Numbered from the stretch's first letter, positions 24,970 through 36,218 are shown. The stretch is 64,000 nt of DNA from Salisapilia sapeloensis CBS 127946 (GCA_023334545.1 JAADVB010000074.1:8302-72301), one strand, 5' to 3'. Numbers and translations: made by a program. The notes: generated from the letters alone by a model not told the origin.

Positions 24970-26175
24970 ATGTCATTTCCCAAGATCAAGTTGACCTACT
25001 TTAATGCCACTGGACGCGCGGAATCAATTCGACTTGCTCTTCATGTCGCTGATATTCCTTTTGCGGATAGTCGTATAAGTATTGAAGATTTCACTGCGCT
25101 CAAAGACAGACTTCCGTGTGGACAGCTACCTGCCCTGGAAGTCGATGGTGAAGTGTACACGAAGTCAATAGCTCAATTGAAGTTCATTGGACGAATCGGA
25201 GGCCTGTATCCTCTTAATGATCCAGAGGCTGCTGCACGCGCCACGGAGATTCTCGCTGTAGTAAATGAGTTAATTGAGGTATTCCTACCGCTATGCATAG
25301 AAAAGGATCTGGAGAAGAAGAAAGACGTCGCAGGAGCATATCTGGAGGATATTATGCCAAGAAGATTGTCTCAATTGGATGCACGCCTGAAGGAAATGCA
25401 TCAACTTCCACTCTTTAGCTCCGGACAGATATTCGTGCATGACCTACATTTGTATGCCTTTATGAATTGTATTAAGTCTGCTGCATTGCCCAATGTGACG
25501 GCTACTATTTTCGACGGATACGAGAGCACTCGACATGCTTATAGCAAAGTTTCTACACATCCCAAGGTAGTCCAATGGGACTCGATGAAGCACGAAACAA
25601 CTCCGACTCTGAAGCTTACTTACTTTGACTTTGCTGGTCGAGCTGAAAGCACCCGGCTTGCGTTTGCTATTGGTGGCATCGCTTTCGAAGACCATCGCAT
25701 TTCGGATGCAGAGTTTGCAGAGCTAAAAGACAGGCTACCGTACGGTCAACTGCCCGTGCTGGAAGTGGATGGTAAAGTGTTCACTCAATCCATGGCTGTG
25801 TTGGATTTCGCTGGAAAGCTGTCTGGACTGTATCCTGAAAACGACCCGATCCTCCAGATGCGAGTGGATGAAGTACTCATGCTCCGTGAGAATTTTATGT
25901 CTGACGCAGGGGGCAAGAAGCTACCATACTTGGACACAGCGAAGAAGAGATTGGTGCAACTGGATGCTCGTATTGGTCATTGGAACGGTACGTATGCTGT
26001 AGGAAATACGTTGACCACCGCGGACTTGACGGTCTTCAGCCTTATCAAGCACATTACGTCTGACAGATACCCAGACGTCCCGAAGGATATACACCACAGC
26101 TACAAGAATATTGTGCAAGTATGTAAGCAAGTGGAGGAGCATCCCAATGTTGTCGAGTGGTACCAGAAGCAGTAA
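24970..26175 (+). CDS. Two-domain (tandem) sigma-like glutathione S-transferase, intronless
   Basis: Two GST N+C units: IKLTYFNATGRAESIRL...GQLPALEVDG and LKLTYFDFAGRAESTRL...PYGQLPVLEVDG..QSMA. Start taken at MSFPKIKLTY. Confidence 0.94.
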   Translation: MSFPKIKLTYFNATGRAESIRLALHVADIPFADSRISIEDFTALKDRLPCGQLPALEVDGEVYTKSIAQLKFIGRIGGLYPLNDPEAAARATEILAVVNELIEVFLPLCIEKDLEKKKDVAGAYLEDIMPRRLSQLDARLKEMHQLPLFSSGQIFVHDLHLYAFMNCIKSAALPNVTATIFDGYESTRHAYSKVSTHPKVVQWDSMKHETTPTLKLTYFDFAGRAESTRLAFAIGGIAFEDHRISDAEFAELKDRLPYGQLPVLEVDGKVFTQSMAVLDFAGKLSGLYPENDPILQMRVDEVLMLRENFMSDAGGKKLPYLDTAKKRLVQLDARIGHWNGTYAVGNTLTTADLTVFSLIKHITSDRYPDVPKDIHHSYKNIVQVCKQVEEHPNVVEWYQKQ

Positions 26176-26347
26176 GACCGTCGGTTCCCGTCTTGCTTAA
26201 TGCTAAGTACTCTCACTCATTTAGTATGGATGCTGGACGAGGTGAAAAGGGAATAAAACTTAACTTTATATAATCCATGCACAAAGGCTATTATTAGACG
26301 GCTTCAAACTTAAATGAATGGAGTGCTTTACTTCTTCTTGGTGATCC

Positions 26348-27820
26348 TTATTGGAAACACTCCGCTAAACTTCGCATGGACTCATCCGTTGGAATTTGAC
26401 CGATTCCTTCCGTGACTTGTACGATCGTGTCAAAGACAGCCTTCCCTTTATCCTCTTCCATCTTGTACATATACCCATAGTGCATCGTTTCCAGCGTACT
26501 AGTGTAAAAGTTACTCAAGCCTTCAACGCAATTGGATGTATTGACGAAGTGCATCGCCTGGACATGCATCTCTTTGTCGTTCGATAAGGAATAGACGGTC
26601 GGATGTGCGTAGCGACCCATGTTGGACAGACCGACGTCACTGAGGTAACTGCCTTTGACATGTAAGTCTTCAAAAAACTTGTTCGTCTGTCGATTATGCA
26701 TGAACATGTCGCAGAAGATGTATTCGAAAGGAGCGGATACTTTCTCGAGGTACTGCATATGCTCACGCTTACATCGTCGAGCAACGTCCCAGAAGCGCTC
26801 TTTGTCCATGTTTACACCTTCTTCACTCAAAGACTCCAGTACGCCAACGATAACTCTGAAACCTAAGTCGGTCTGGTCGAGTGGCTCAGGCAGTCGTGGT
26901 CGCATGTTTATCGCAGATCCAAGAGATATCTTAAAGTTATGTTTCTGATTGTCTTTCGCGTCTCGATGGTTGTAGTAAGCGACTATTAACGCTGCCATCA
27001 TAGCAGCACCCATAGTGACTTTCTCCCGCTTGCATGCAGCGATTGCTTTATCCTTATTCTCCTTTGTACCGGAAGCAAATAGGAAATATGTATAGTTGGA
27101 GGGTAGAGGCAGGCCTTTAAAGTCTTCCAAATCGGACTGTGGTGTAATGACGGGTGTATACTTCTTTATGGACGACTTATATGCCGCCTTGCCAGAGATT
27201 CGAATGATGAGCTTTTTGAAAAAGGTGCGAACGCGGTGTTGTCGTAGCCATAGTTCATAAAGACTTGGCTGGAGTGGAAGTGTGACGACTTTGGGAATCG
27301 TATCACCTAGGTCTCTTGCAGATATGTGGCTGAGTATGTTGTCTACAATGGTCATACCAGACGTTCCATCGGACATGTAGTGGTCGGAAAAGAGCATCAA
27401 GCGGACAACCTCGTGTTTACGATTCACCCACACGTCAAACTTGTATGGAAACTGTGTAAAACGGTCGAAAGGTTTGTTTGCTTCTCTTTCAGCATGCTTC
27501 TCCCATCCGTGGAGAATGTCGTCGTGGGTAACGTCTAGTACACCTAACAATGACTTTTTGTAAATGGCTTTCAACGCAATATGAGGAGCAATCTGGGCAG
27601 TGGCGAACACATCCTTCCTTTGTAAGGCTCGCATACGTGGGAAGCGATTGTATGTGTTTGCCAAAGCCTCCGGAAGATGCTGGAGGAATGGTTCGATGGG
27701 GGTTTGAATCAATAGTGAGTGTACAATCACATCGCTCTTGGTTGGATCCATTGACATCGGTCGTTCATATCCACGCAAACTCACTTGGGAGGTGGTGTTT
27801 GTCCACTTTGTTTTTGCCAT
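26348..27820 (-). CDS. CoA-dependent acyltransferase (condensation/alcohol acetyltransferase-like fold), intronless
   Basis: HxxxDG catalytic motif in SDHYMSDGTSG, AINMRPRL, SNMGRY; an oomycete-typical family. Confidence 0.85.
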   Translation of the reverse strand: MAKTKWTNTTSQVSLRGYERPMSMDPTKSDVIVHSLLIQTPIEPFLQHLPEALANTYNRFPRMRALQRKDVFATAQIAPHIALKAIYKKSLLGVLDVTHDDILHGWEKHAEREANKPFDRFTQFPYKFDVWVNRKHEVVRLMLFSDHYMSDGTSGMTIVDNILSHISARDLGDTIPKVVTLPLQPSLYELWLRQHRVRTFFKKLIIRISGKAAYKSSIKKYTPVITPQSDLEDFKGLPLPSNYTYFLFASGTKENKDKAIAACKREKVTMGAAMMAALIVAYYNHRDAKDNQKHNFKISLGSAINMRPRLPEPLDQTDLGFRVIVGVLESLSEEGVNMDKERFWDVARRCKREHMQYLEKVSAPFEYIFCDMFMHNRQTNKFFEDLHVKGSYLSDVGLSNMGRYAHPTVYSLSNDKEMHVQAMHFVNTSNCVEGLSNFYTSTLETMHYGYMYKMEEDKGKAVFDTIVQVTEGIGQIPTDESMRSLAECFQ

Positions 27821-29745
27821 GATCACTCGAAGCCACTAATGCCAAGTTATTGTTCTGTCTCTAGATGGGAATAGAGATAAAGTATCGTAGCCGAGTGATA
27901 GGCGTCGTCAGTTGTGCAAAAGTGATCGGAAACACTGGACTGCCCGGAGATAAAATCGAAAATGATCTATTCGACGAGGAACTCTTGCAGTAGTATCTGT
28001 GTGCGTCATACAGGTTATGTCTCATGCAAATTTCGAATCCATTATTCGACGATCTAGGCGTATAGGCGTACTGGATGCATTTCAACTAAACAATATGAGT
28101 CCAAAATCTAGAAGCATTAAATAGTAAATAAGTAGTTGGACCTTGCTGTCAAGTGATACTCATGGTAGTGCTCCTGTTTCTATCATATGTCCAAAGACTT
28201 ATGGCCACCATTGTAGCAGACCAGATAATGGTTTACGCTTTCGGATGCACTGCTGACTCATCCAATAGGAGCCATTTAATATCGCAACTTTTATTAAAGA
28301 TACATATTTGCTAGTGCGGCATTCACCTACTCGGATCTCCCATGTATCTTTAGAAACTGGCATATGGGAGGCCCATGTACACGAACACCGATCTTTTAAA
28401 ATTCGATAGCTATAGACAACTTCGTTCTTTGTGCGAGTATCAACACATTCAACTGACTAAAGCTTAATTGCGTGTCTATAGATGAATAGGAAAGCAACAT
28501 TCTGTACTCGTGCCTCGTGTTGCTAATGGGCTCCTACCACAGGTTAGTCGTAAGACATCTCTGTAATTAACGCCGCGCGAAGCAGCGGCGTTGGGTGTAG
28601 TTAGCCGACATGACTTTTTTAAATAAATAGTGTTGCTGTAGTTTACCAATCACTTCAGATGGAAAAGTACAAGCTTCCATGCTCCACGTTGCTGCTCAAT
28701 CTGACAGTTTTCGTCGATGTATGCATACAGTTTAAAGACTGATTAGCATAAAAAGTAAACCAGTAGATCAATCTCGTAGTTAGTGAAAGACAGCAGCAAC
28801 CCGGATCGAAATCTATACCCAAATTACCGGTAACATAGCTCTATCGGATCCAAAGCAACCGAAAGCTCGCGCTCACTCAGAGCACACTATGTGACTTAAA
28901 TTGAGTCGAACCACCAAGAATGCTTTAAGTAACAACTTGTAGCTTATAATACGCGAAGTTTGTCCAGAAAACACGCGGCAATTCCGAGCGTGGACATTGC
29001 TTCGTGCTCCCGCTTTGCCGTTCACTATCTAAGAGGTTGGTCCATAAGTTCTAGTAGATGCGCTGATCATGTTTGAAGCTAGGTGTAGATTGGCATCATA
29101 TTGCCAGCTATATTTCCTTATGTAGCCTTGTTTAGCTGCTCACATTCGGTGAATACTCGCTGAATTCTCTATCATTGGAACCTCTATTTCCAAAGTGTAG
29201 AAAGGAAACGACATTGAAGTAGATTGGCACGTGTTCACGTCTGCATCCCGTAGGCACACATGTCGACTCTTCGAATGCATGGAAGCGTTCTTTTAGCGTA
29301 GATACTGCAAAAGACAACCGAGGATTCCCGCTAACCAGATCGCAGGATATAGTAGAAGCGTGCACAACTTGCAGAGTCGTGTCGGGATTTAATTATTAGA
29401 AAACAGTAGTTGGGAAAATGATGTCTTGACAAACGCTACTAGACTGTGTGGTTGAAGATGGCAGTTCAATCAGCACAAGAGATATGGCTCTTGATATCCG
29501 AGGCATATTTTGTAAAGGGAATCGTCCTGCTTATTCCTCTCAAGCTTTTATTTCATTTTATTCCAATGGGTAGTCAGATCCGATATGGCGATTATTGATG
29601 AATGCAATGTCTTTATATGGCTCCGAGCACCAAATACAGTCACTATCTGATTCTTGACGAGTATCATTGAAGGCGTTTGTTCAGCGATTGGTTGCTGTCA
29701 ACACGCTAGAGTGCGTTCAGCTTTCACTCCTTGTCTAAATCCTTT

Positions 29746-29761
29746 GCTCATTCTTCGATTT
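29746..29761 (+). promoter_or_regulatory. INR+FPR core promoter of the carboxylesterase
   Basis: GCTCATTCTTCGATTT is a full match to GCTCATTYBNNNWTTY, 47 nt upstream of ATG 29793. Confidence 0.7.
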
Positions 29762-29792
29762 GCTCCCAAGTTCCCAGGACTTCATTTTAATC

Positions 29793-31460
29793 ATGAAGTT
29801 CCTATCATCTACAATCGTAAGCGCGTTGCTGAGCTCACTTGTCTCTTCTGAAGAGGCTCCAACAGTGACGCTCGCGAACGGCACGTACTATGGTGTCCAT
29901 CAACCAACGTACGACCAAGACTTGTTCCTTGGGATGCCATTCGCACAACCTCCTGTAGGTGAGCTGCGTTTCCGAAACCCAGCATCGCTAAACGAAACTT
30001 GGTCCGATCCTAAAAATGCTACTGAATACTCTCCCGAGTGTTACGGCTACGGAAGCGACCAATGGGTACTTGGAAACATCGTGTCAGAAGATTGCTTGAC
30101 ACTGAACGTTGTTCGACCAAGTGGCATAGAGGCCGATGCCAACCTTCCAGTTGCTGTTTGGATTCATGGAGGTGGGTTCGTCATGGGCGGATCGATGGAT
30201 CCTAGATATAATATGTCTTACATGGTCGACCAGTCTGTACAAATGGACAAACCGATGATCGGTGTGAGCATCAACTACCGACTACAAGCCTTTGGCTACA
30301 TGTGGGGAAGCGAAGTGGAGAAGGCTGGCGTTGGTAATTTGGCGCTCAAGGACCAGCGCCTCGCACTGCACTGGGTTCACGAAAACATCGCATCCTTTGG
30401 TGGCGATCCGAGCAAAGTGACGATCTTTGGCGAAAGTGCTGGCGGATTTAGTGTCACGTATCAGCTACTTGCCTATGGTGGGCGTGATGACAACCTCTTC
30501 CGTGCTGCTATCATGCAATCCGGAACTGCAGCTAGCCCTAAGTCTGCCTACATGGAAGCTTCCGAGTGGGATGTGTACTTTAACAGGATTGCAGATGCCG
30601 CTGATTGTGGTTCGGCAGATGACGCACTTGATTGCCTTCGACAAGTGCCAATTGACGCTCTGAACGACATTTTTAACAGCTCTGTTACCGCTGGTGCCCA
30701 ATTTGGTGCTCAGATCGATAATGACTTTGTACCAGGCGCTAGCCTTGACCTCCTAGACAACGGTCAGTTTGTACATGTGCCAATTCTGCACGGCGCAAAC
30801 CATGATGAGGGCACTTCATTTGGAAGCTGGGGTGTCAACACAGATGAAGAGTTTGCCGCTTATCTCATGGCATCTGGAAACAGCGCGGAGCAAACTGCCG
30901 TTCTGACTGAGCTGTATCCTGACATTCCTGAAATTGGCATTCCAGGAACACTGGACGGACGGCCAGTGGGAGCATTCCCTGGTAAAATGTACAAGCGAGC
31001 CTGTGCATACGGTGGTGACAAATCGATGCATGGCCCTCGCCGATACATTGCCAAGACTTGGGCTGCAAACAATGTGACTAACTACAACTACGTCTGGAAT
31101 GTTCTAGTGAATAACGTTGGCGCGTACTACGGTGCTGGTCACTTCCAAGAAGTGGCCTTTGTCTTCTACAACATTGATGGCGTCGGGTACCAGAATGCTG
31201 TGGCCAAAAATCCGTTCGAAGGCATGCCAGACACGTATGAGCAGCTCGCTCGCATGATGTCTCGCATGTGGATCAGTTTCTTCACGGATATGACGCCTAA
31301 CAACAACGGCGTGTCAGCTGTGGAGTGGCCGGAGTACACGACAGATGATCCACAGATCATCTTCTTCGACACCAATGTGACTGGATTGGCCTATGCGGAG
31401 GATGACATCTATCGCGCTGAGGCTATTGACTACATCTTTGACACTCTGCATGAGGTATAA
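29793..31460 (+). CDS. Secreted type-B carboxylesterase/lipase, fungal-like, intronless
   Basis: Signal peptide MKFLSSTIVSALLSSLVSS; SEDCLTLNVVRP, WIHGGG, catalytic GESAG (Ser), NHDEG (Glu), GHFQEV (His). Confidence 0.95.
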   Translation: MKFLSSTIVSALLSSLVSSEEAPTVTLANGTYYGVHQPTYDQDLFLGMPFAQPPVGELRFRNPASLNETWSDPKNATEYSPECYGYGSDQWVLGNIVSEDCLTLNVVRPSGIEADANLPVAVWIHGGGFVMGGSMDPRYNMSYMVDQSVQMDKPMIGVSINYRLQAFGYMWGSEVEKAGVGNLALKDQRLALHWVHENIASFGGDPSKVTIFGESAGGFSVTYQLLAYGGRDDNLFRAAIMQSGTAASPKSAYMEASEWDVYFNRIADAADCGSADDALDCLRQVPIDALNDIFNSSVTAGAQFGAQIDNDFVPGASLDLLDNGQFVHVPILHGANHDEGTSFGSWGVNTDEEFAAYLMASGNSAEQTAVLTELYPDIPEIGIPGTLDGRPVGAFPGKMYKRACAYGGDKSMHGPRRYIAKTWAANNVTNYNYVWNVLVNNVGAYYGAGHFQEVAFVFYNIDGVGYQNAVAKNPFEGMPDTYEQLARMMSRMWISFFTDMTPNNNGVSAVEWPEYTTDDPQIIFFDTNVTGLAYAEDDIYRAEAIDYIFDTLHEV

Positions 31461-31742
31461 CGGCTATTGAGTGCGACTTTGTTCCAGCAAAATAGCTAGC
31501 TCGACCTAAGATGAAATCAAATATGACGTTTCGTTCATCTTTATTATCAAAAAGCTTCCTGTGAGTAGTACTTGTAAGTAAAATACTATCTCAAAACACA
31601 TCGAATAATAAACTGAAAACCTTGGTCTGTCGACTGGACTCCAAGTGGCAAGGACACTGCAATTAAGCCAACTGCACACTGTTGATAAGAGTGCGTTCAC
31701 CCCCGCCAGCATAGACGTGGGGTAGTACTAAAGGCTACGTAC

Positions 31743-32200
31743 CTCAAGCAGTCATTTTACTACTGTAGGACACTAGCTGCACAAGTGCTTGAGCTCTTCC
31801 AAAGGCATCGTCTTCGTGCCTTTAGTAAAATGGCGGATCATGCAGCCAAGGTCACTATGGACACTGTAAAAGGGTTCCAAGCGCTCGCTACAGCCTCAGA
31901 ACCTAAATTTGCTGCCATTTAGACCTTACTTACGGATGACGGAATATAGTGATACCAAGACGGCCCCTTGGGTCTACCTGAGCCCATTCAGTCTACTTAG
32001 CTCGACCCTCTCCTGTTTGCCGGATGATGTCTGCTTACTTTCCAGTCACTTAGCGACTATTAACATTCACTTGGCTAGAATCCTAAATCAACAGCTATGT
32101 AATTGACCGTTTCGGATGGAATTTTTTACCTAGCTCATAGTAACTTTTAAATGAAATCCAAGACCAACGCGCGGATTTTTCATGTTGTCTCAACCGACAG
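31743..32200 (+). mobile_element. Degraded retrotransposon RNase H fragment (copy 1)
   Basis: Translates LKQSFYYCRTLAAQV...RHRLRAFSKMADHAAKVTMDT (HxxRxxNxxAD-like motif) followed by in-frame stops; homologous to 62740-63130. Confidence 0.65.
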
Positions 32201-32955
32201 AATCTACGCTCCGCCCTTGAGCGCCTGACTAGATGGTGCCTTCTGTGCTGTACAAAAATCTTCTTCTGATAAAGAAACTGGGATCCGCTTCCATTTTCCA
32301 TATTTATCTCTCCCGGTCATTGTTATCCTCCGTCTCTCCCGATCACTGACATACATGTCTTTCTAGGTTCTTGTAGTCTTATCACGCGGTGAAACTCCAT
32401 CCTTTCACGCTTTATGCTTTATAAGACATTTACGCGATCTCAGGTCAAACACTATCAGGATATTTATATCAACTGAATGTTGGCTTTCGACGAAAAGTTT
32501 CTAGTATCACATAGATCCTACTCTTCCCAGTACTTGTTCTTCTTTGCGCTTGCGGACGATTGTGTTTGTAGGGGGTATTCTCATCGTCCATCTCGAGCAA
32601 CATGCAAACCAACAAAATCGACTGAGCCTTAAGTTTTCAATATTGCATCCTTTGAGCAGGATTTTGACCGTGTGCGGATTCTAAGGCTGGACCCTCTCAT
32701 GGTTCATGTACTCTCTTTGCAAAACACCCGTTTAAGTTATCAGTCGAAGGATTCTGGACCGGAGCGAAATAACGTTTAAAGACGTATATGTCCTATTTCA
32801 ACTTCATGCTTCGCTGGTGCCTACAAATCAGACACATGCTTTCGTATAACTAATAATTTGACGTTGGTGGCCACTACAGCATTTGCAGCCAGCAGCGCAC
32901 GCGTGCTTGACTCATTTGCATCTCTCGCTCTCGACGCTTTCGTCTTGGCAGCACC

Positions 32956-34405
32956 ATGAATCGCTTATCATGGTCAATTTTTGCAACTGTATTGGCATTG
33001 CTGACCATCCAGTCAGCTGTAGCTTTTGAGGAAGCCACAGAAGCAGTGGAAGCAGCGGCATTTGATGGCGTCGGCGTGGATCCAGATGCTGGGCTTACGG
33101 TGATCCAGACCGTTGAGAGACGAGGATACGCAGTTGAAGAGCACAAGGTTACCACGTTGGATGGATATATCCTTACCATGTATCGCCTTCCCAAGTCATA
33201 CAGCGAGACGCAAAGCAATTCCGAGCCGGCACCGAACAAGCCTGCTGTGTACCTCATACACGGGCTGTTGGACAGTAGCTACACGTATGTGCTAAACTAC
33301 AGGGATCAGAGTCTTGCTTACATCCTTGCTGATGAAGGATACGATGTCTGGCTTGGTAATAACCGTGGCACGACGTGGTCTCGTGGGCACACGAAATATA
33401 CGGACGACGACGATGAGTTCTGGGACTTTTCATGGGAAGATATGGCGCTCTACGATATGCCGTCCATGCTCCAGTACGTCCTTGAGCAAACGGGAAGAGA
33501 GACATTGTCGTACATTGGTCATTCCGAGGGCACGGTACAAGCCTTTGCTGGGTTTAGTAGAAACCAGGAGATTGCTAAGAAGGTGACTTACTTTGGTGCG
33601 CTCGCACCAGTGGCTAAAGTTGGGCACATTACTTCTCCTGTATTCAAAGCTCTGGCCGAGACGTACTTGGACAAGCTGTTCGATCTGCTCGGTGTGAAAG
33701 AGTTCTTTTCACACACTGCTTTGATCCAGGACTTGCTGGGCAAATATGGTTGTGCGTTCGTCGATGTTGCTTGCGATAGTGTAATCAACATCCTCACAGG
33801 TACATGAATGACCATGGACTACGGTTTCAGCCCAAGTTACCATCAGTCTCTAACAGTCACCTTTTAAAATTCTATAGGTATCTCCGACAACATGAACCAG
33901 AGCAGGATCCATGTGTACATCGGTCAAACTCCTGCCGGAACCAGTGTCAAGAATATGGGGTGAGCTTCGATTGCATACAATTTTTATACGATCATTGCAG
34001 CTCTGACCGGCTCCTCTTTCTTACAGTCATTTCGCTCAAGGCATTCGTGACAACACCTTCCGCATGTACGACTATGGCTGCTCATGCTTCAGTTGGCTTC
34101 CAGACTCACTCTGCTTGGATTCCTTGTGCGAAAACAAAAAGGTGTATGGTACAGCAGAACCGCCTGCTTTTGACCTGTCGAATATGGTGTATCCTCGCGT
34201 TAGCTTCTTCACGGGCTCCAACGATTGGATAGCAACAGCGGCTGATACCGATCAACTGCGTGCTGGCCTTCCGTCTGGCACGATTGTCGCTGAGCAGCAA
34301 TCAGATTACAATCATCTTGACTTTACCTGGGCAATCAACGCGAAGGAGACGATCTATGACGACCTGTTGAAAGAGATGGCGTCGTATGAAGGAATCGGCT
34401 ATTGA
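32956..34405 (+). CDS. Secreted acid lipase (gastric/lysosomal lipase family), 3 exons
   Basis: Signal peptide; HGLLDSS, DVWLGNNRG, GHSEG (Ser), DWIA (Asp), YNHLDF (His). Introns 33800-33877 and 33960-34026. Confidence 0.95.
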
Positions 34406-34865
34406 TTGAGCACTGCTCAATCGTTTTGACCTCGTAACGCTTGATGGACAGTGTGTGTAGCTAACGAACAAGTCAACGCTTTCAAGCACATTTGAACCAC
34501 TTTGCTCTTACTCGGTGTCTACGTTTTTGTAAAAGATGCCCATTTAGTCTAGCAAGCCATGACAAAAGGATACTTTCTGTCACCATGCGAACTTACCGCT
34601 CGCTTGAATTTCTTTATCGAGCGTGCATTGTCTACGACAGGCACTTGGAATTATATAGTTACATATATAATTTCAATATCTGAGCATGATGTGAATGCCA
34701 CAGTAATTGCAGACAAGCTGATGTCAGATTATTGTTGGTTGATGGGCAAGGCGAAAAAGCATGACACCTTTTGTAACTGTCAAAAGCACGTACACATGCA
34801 ACGAAGGATATGAAAACAACTCGAGCAGTTGACTTTTCTTCAAATTTACTCCTACAGCCACCCAC

Positions 34866-36218
34866 CTAGTACCCTTTACCATTGTACTGATCCAAGTCGT
34901 TCAACAGGTCTGCATACACTGTGTTCTTGAGTTGATACGCCCATGTAAAGTCAACATGATTGATGTCGTACGGTAGGTCCGTGACGATCGTGTCGGCTGG
35001 AATTCTCGTACGCATCCAGTACAGATCGATTTCTGACGCAAACCAATCTTGCTTACCAGTAAACCACCCCATGCGAGGGTACACCATACCTGCAAGGTCA
35101 TAATCCGGAGGCGTGAAATCCCCGTATGCCAACTTATTTCTGCATAAAGCACTGGGGCAGAGTCCAAAAGGTAACCACGTTAGGCAGTTGCACCCGTAGT
35201 CGTATTTCTTGAATGTATTCTTACGAATACTTTGGGCATAATGGATCATGTTCTTGACGCTAGTTCCAGCAGGCATTTGAGTCTAAGACGAGTATTATAT
35301 ACCATTCAGTCGAGTATTTCATACAGACACTATCGAAAGGTTTACCATGTAGACGTGGATTCTGCTCTGGTTCATGTTGTCGGATGGTCCGCCGAGTAAG
35401 TTGAGCAGACTGTCACAAGCAAAATCTTGCCAAGCACATCCATACTTTAGGATGAATTCATTTACAAACGTTGTATGCGGTGAAAACTCATCGAAGCCCA
35501 ATACTTGGAACAGTTCGTCCGCATTGAGCTCCGCTAGCGCTACAAAGACAGGCGACTTTGAGTGCCCGATGTTGCCTATTGGTGCTAGTGATCCGAAGTA
35601 GCTTACTCGCTGTGCCAATGTTTGGTTCTCTGAAAACGCTACAAATGCTTGGGTAGTGCCTTCGCTATGGCCGACCCAGCTGAGCATCGACTGGCCTGAT
35701 TGAGCAAGAGCGTAGTCGATGAATGCAGGCACATCGTAGACACCCATTTCATTCCAGCTAAAGTTCCAATATGCGTCTGAATCTATACTCAGAGTCGCAT
35801 GTTCCTTGGACCAAGTCGTTCCGCGGTTGTTACCGAGCCACACATCATATCCAGCGTCAGCAAGAATATAAGCGAGACTCTGGTCACGATAGTTGCAAAC
35901 AAACGTGTAGCTGCTATCCAGCAATCCGTGCTGTAAAATCACTACTGGCTTGCCAGTTGCGGGTTCAGAGTTGGATTGGGACTCTGCGTATGTCTTCGGA
36001 AGACGATACATGGTCAGAATGTAGCCATCACTTGTGGTAACCTTGTGCTCTTCGATTTCATAGCCTCTTGCCTCGACCATCTCGATGACATTCTTGCCAG
36101 CATCGGGGTCAATGTCGTCAAAAATGGTGAAGACTTGGCGCGTCAAATTTTGGTCGAGTGCCGACACGGATGTCGCTAGCGCGATAATAAGCACTAAGAG
36201 TTGCTGGATGAACGGCAT
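34866..36218 (-). CDS. Secreted acid lipase paralog, 2 exons
   Basis: Signal peptide; HGLLDSS, GHSEG, DWFA, INHVDF. One intron at 35283-35345. Confidence 0.95.

Noticed and set aside
28295-28352. 11-bp inverted repeat TAAAGATACAT/ATGTATCTTTA with 36-nt spacer
   Set aside because: AT-rich and expected about once by chance in 64 kb; it does not extend.
28850-28980. GGTTCGA (tRNA T-loop-like) on the minus strand; also near 56067
   Set aside because: No pairing T stem, D arm or acceptor stem.
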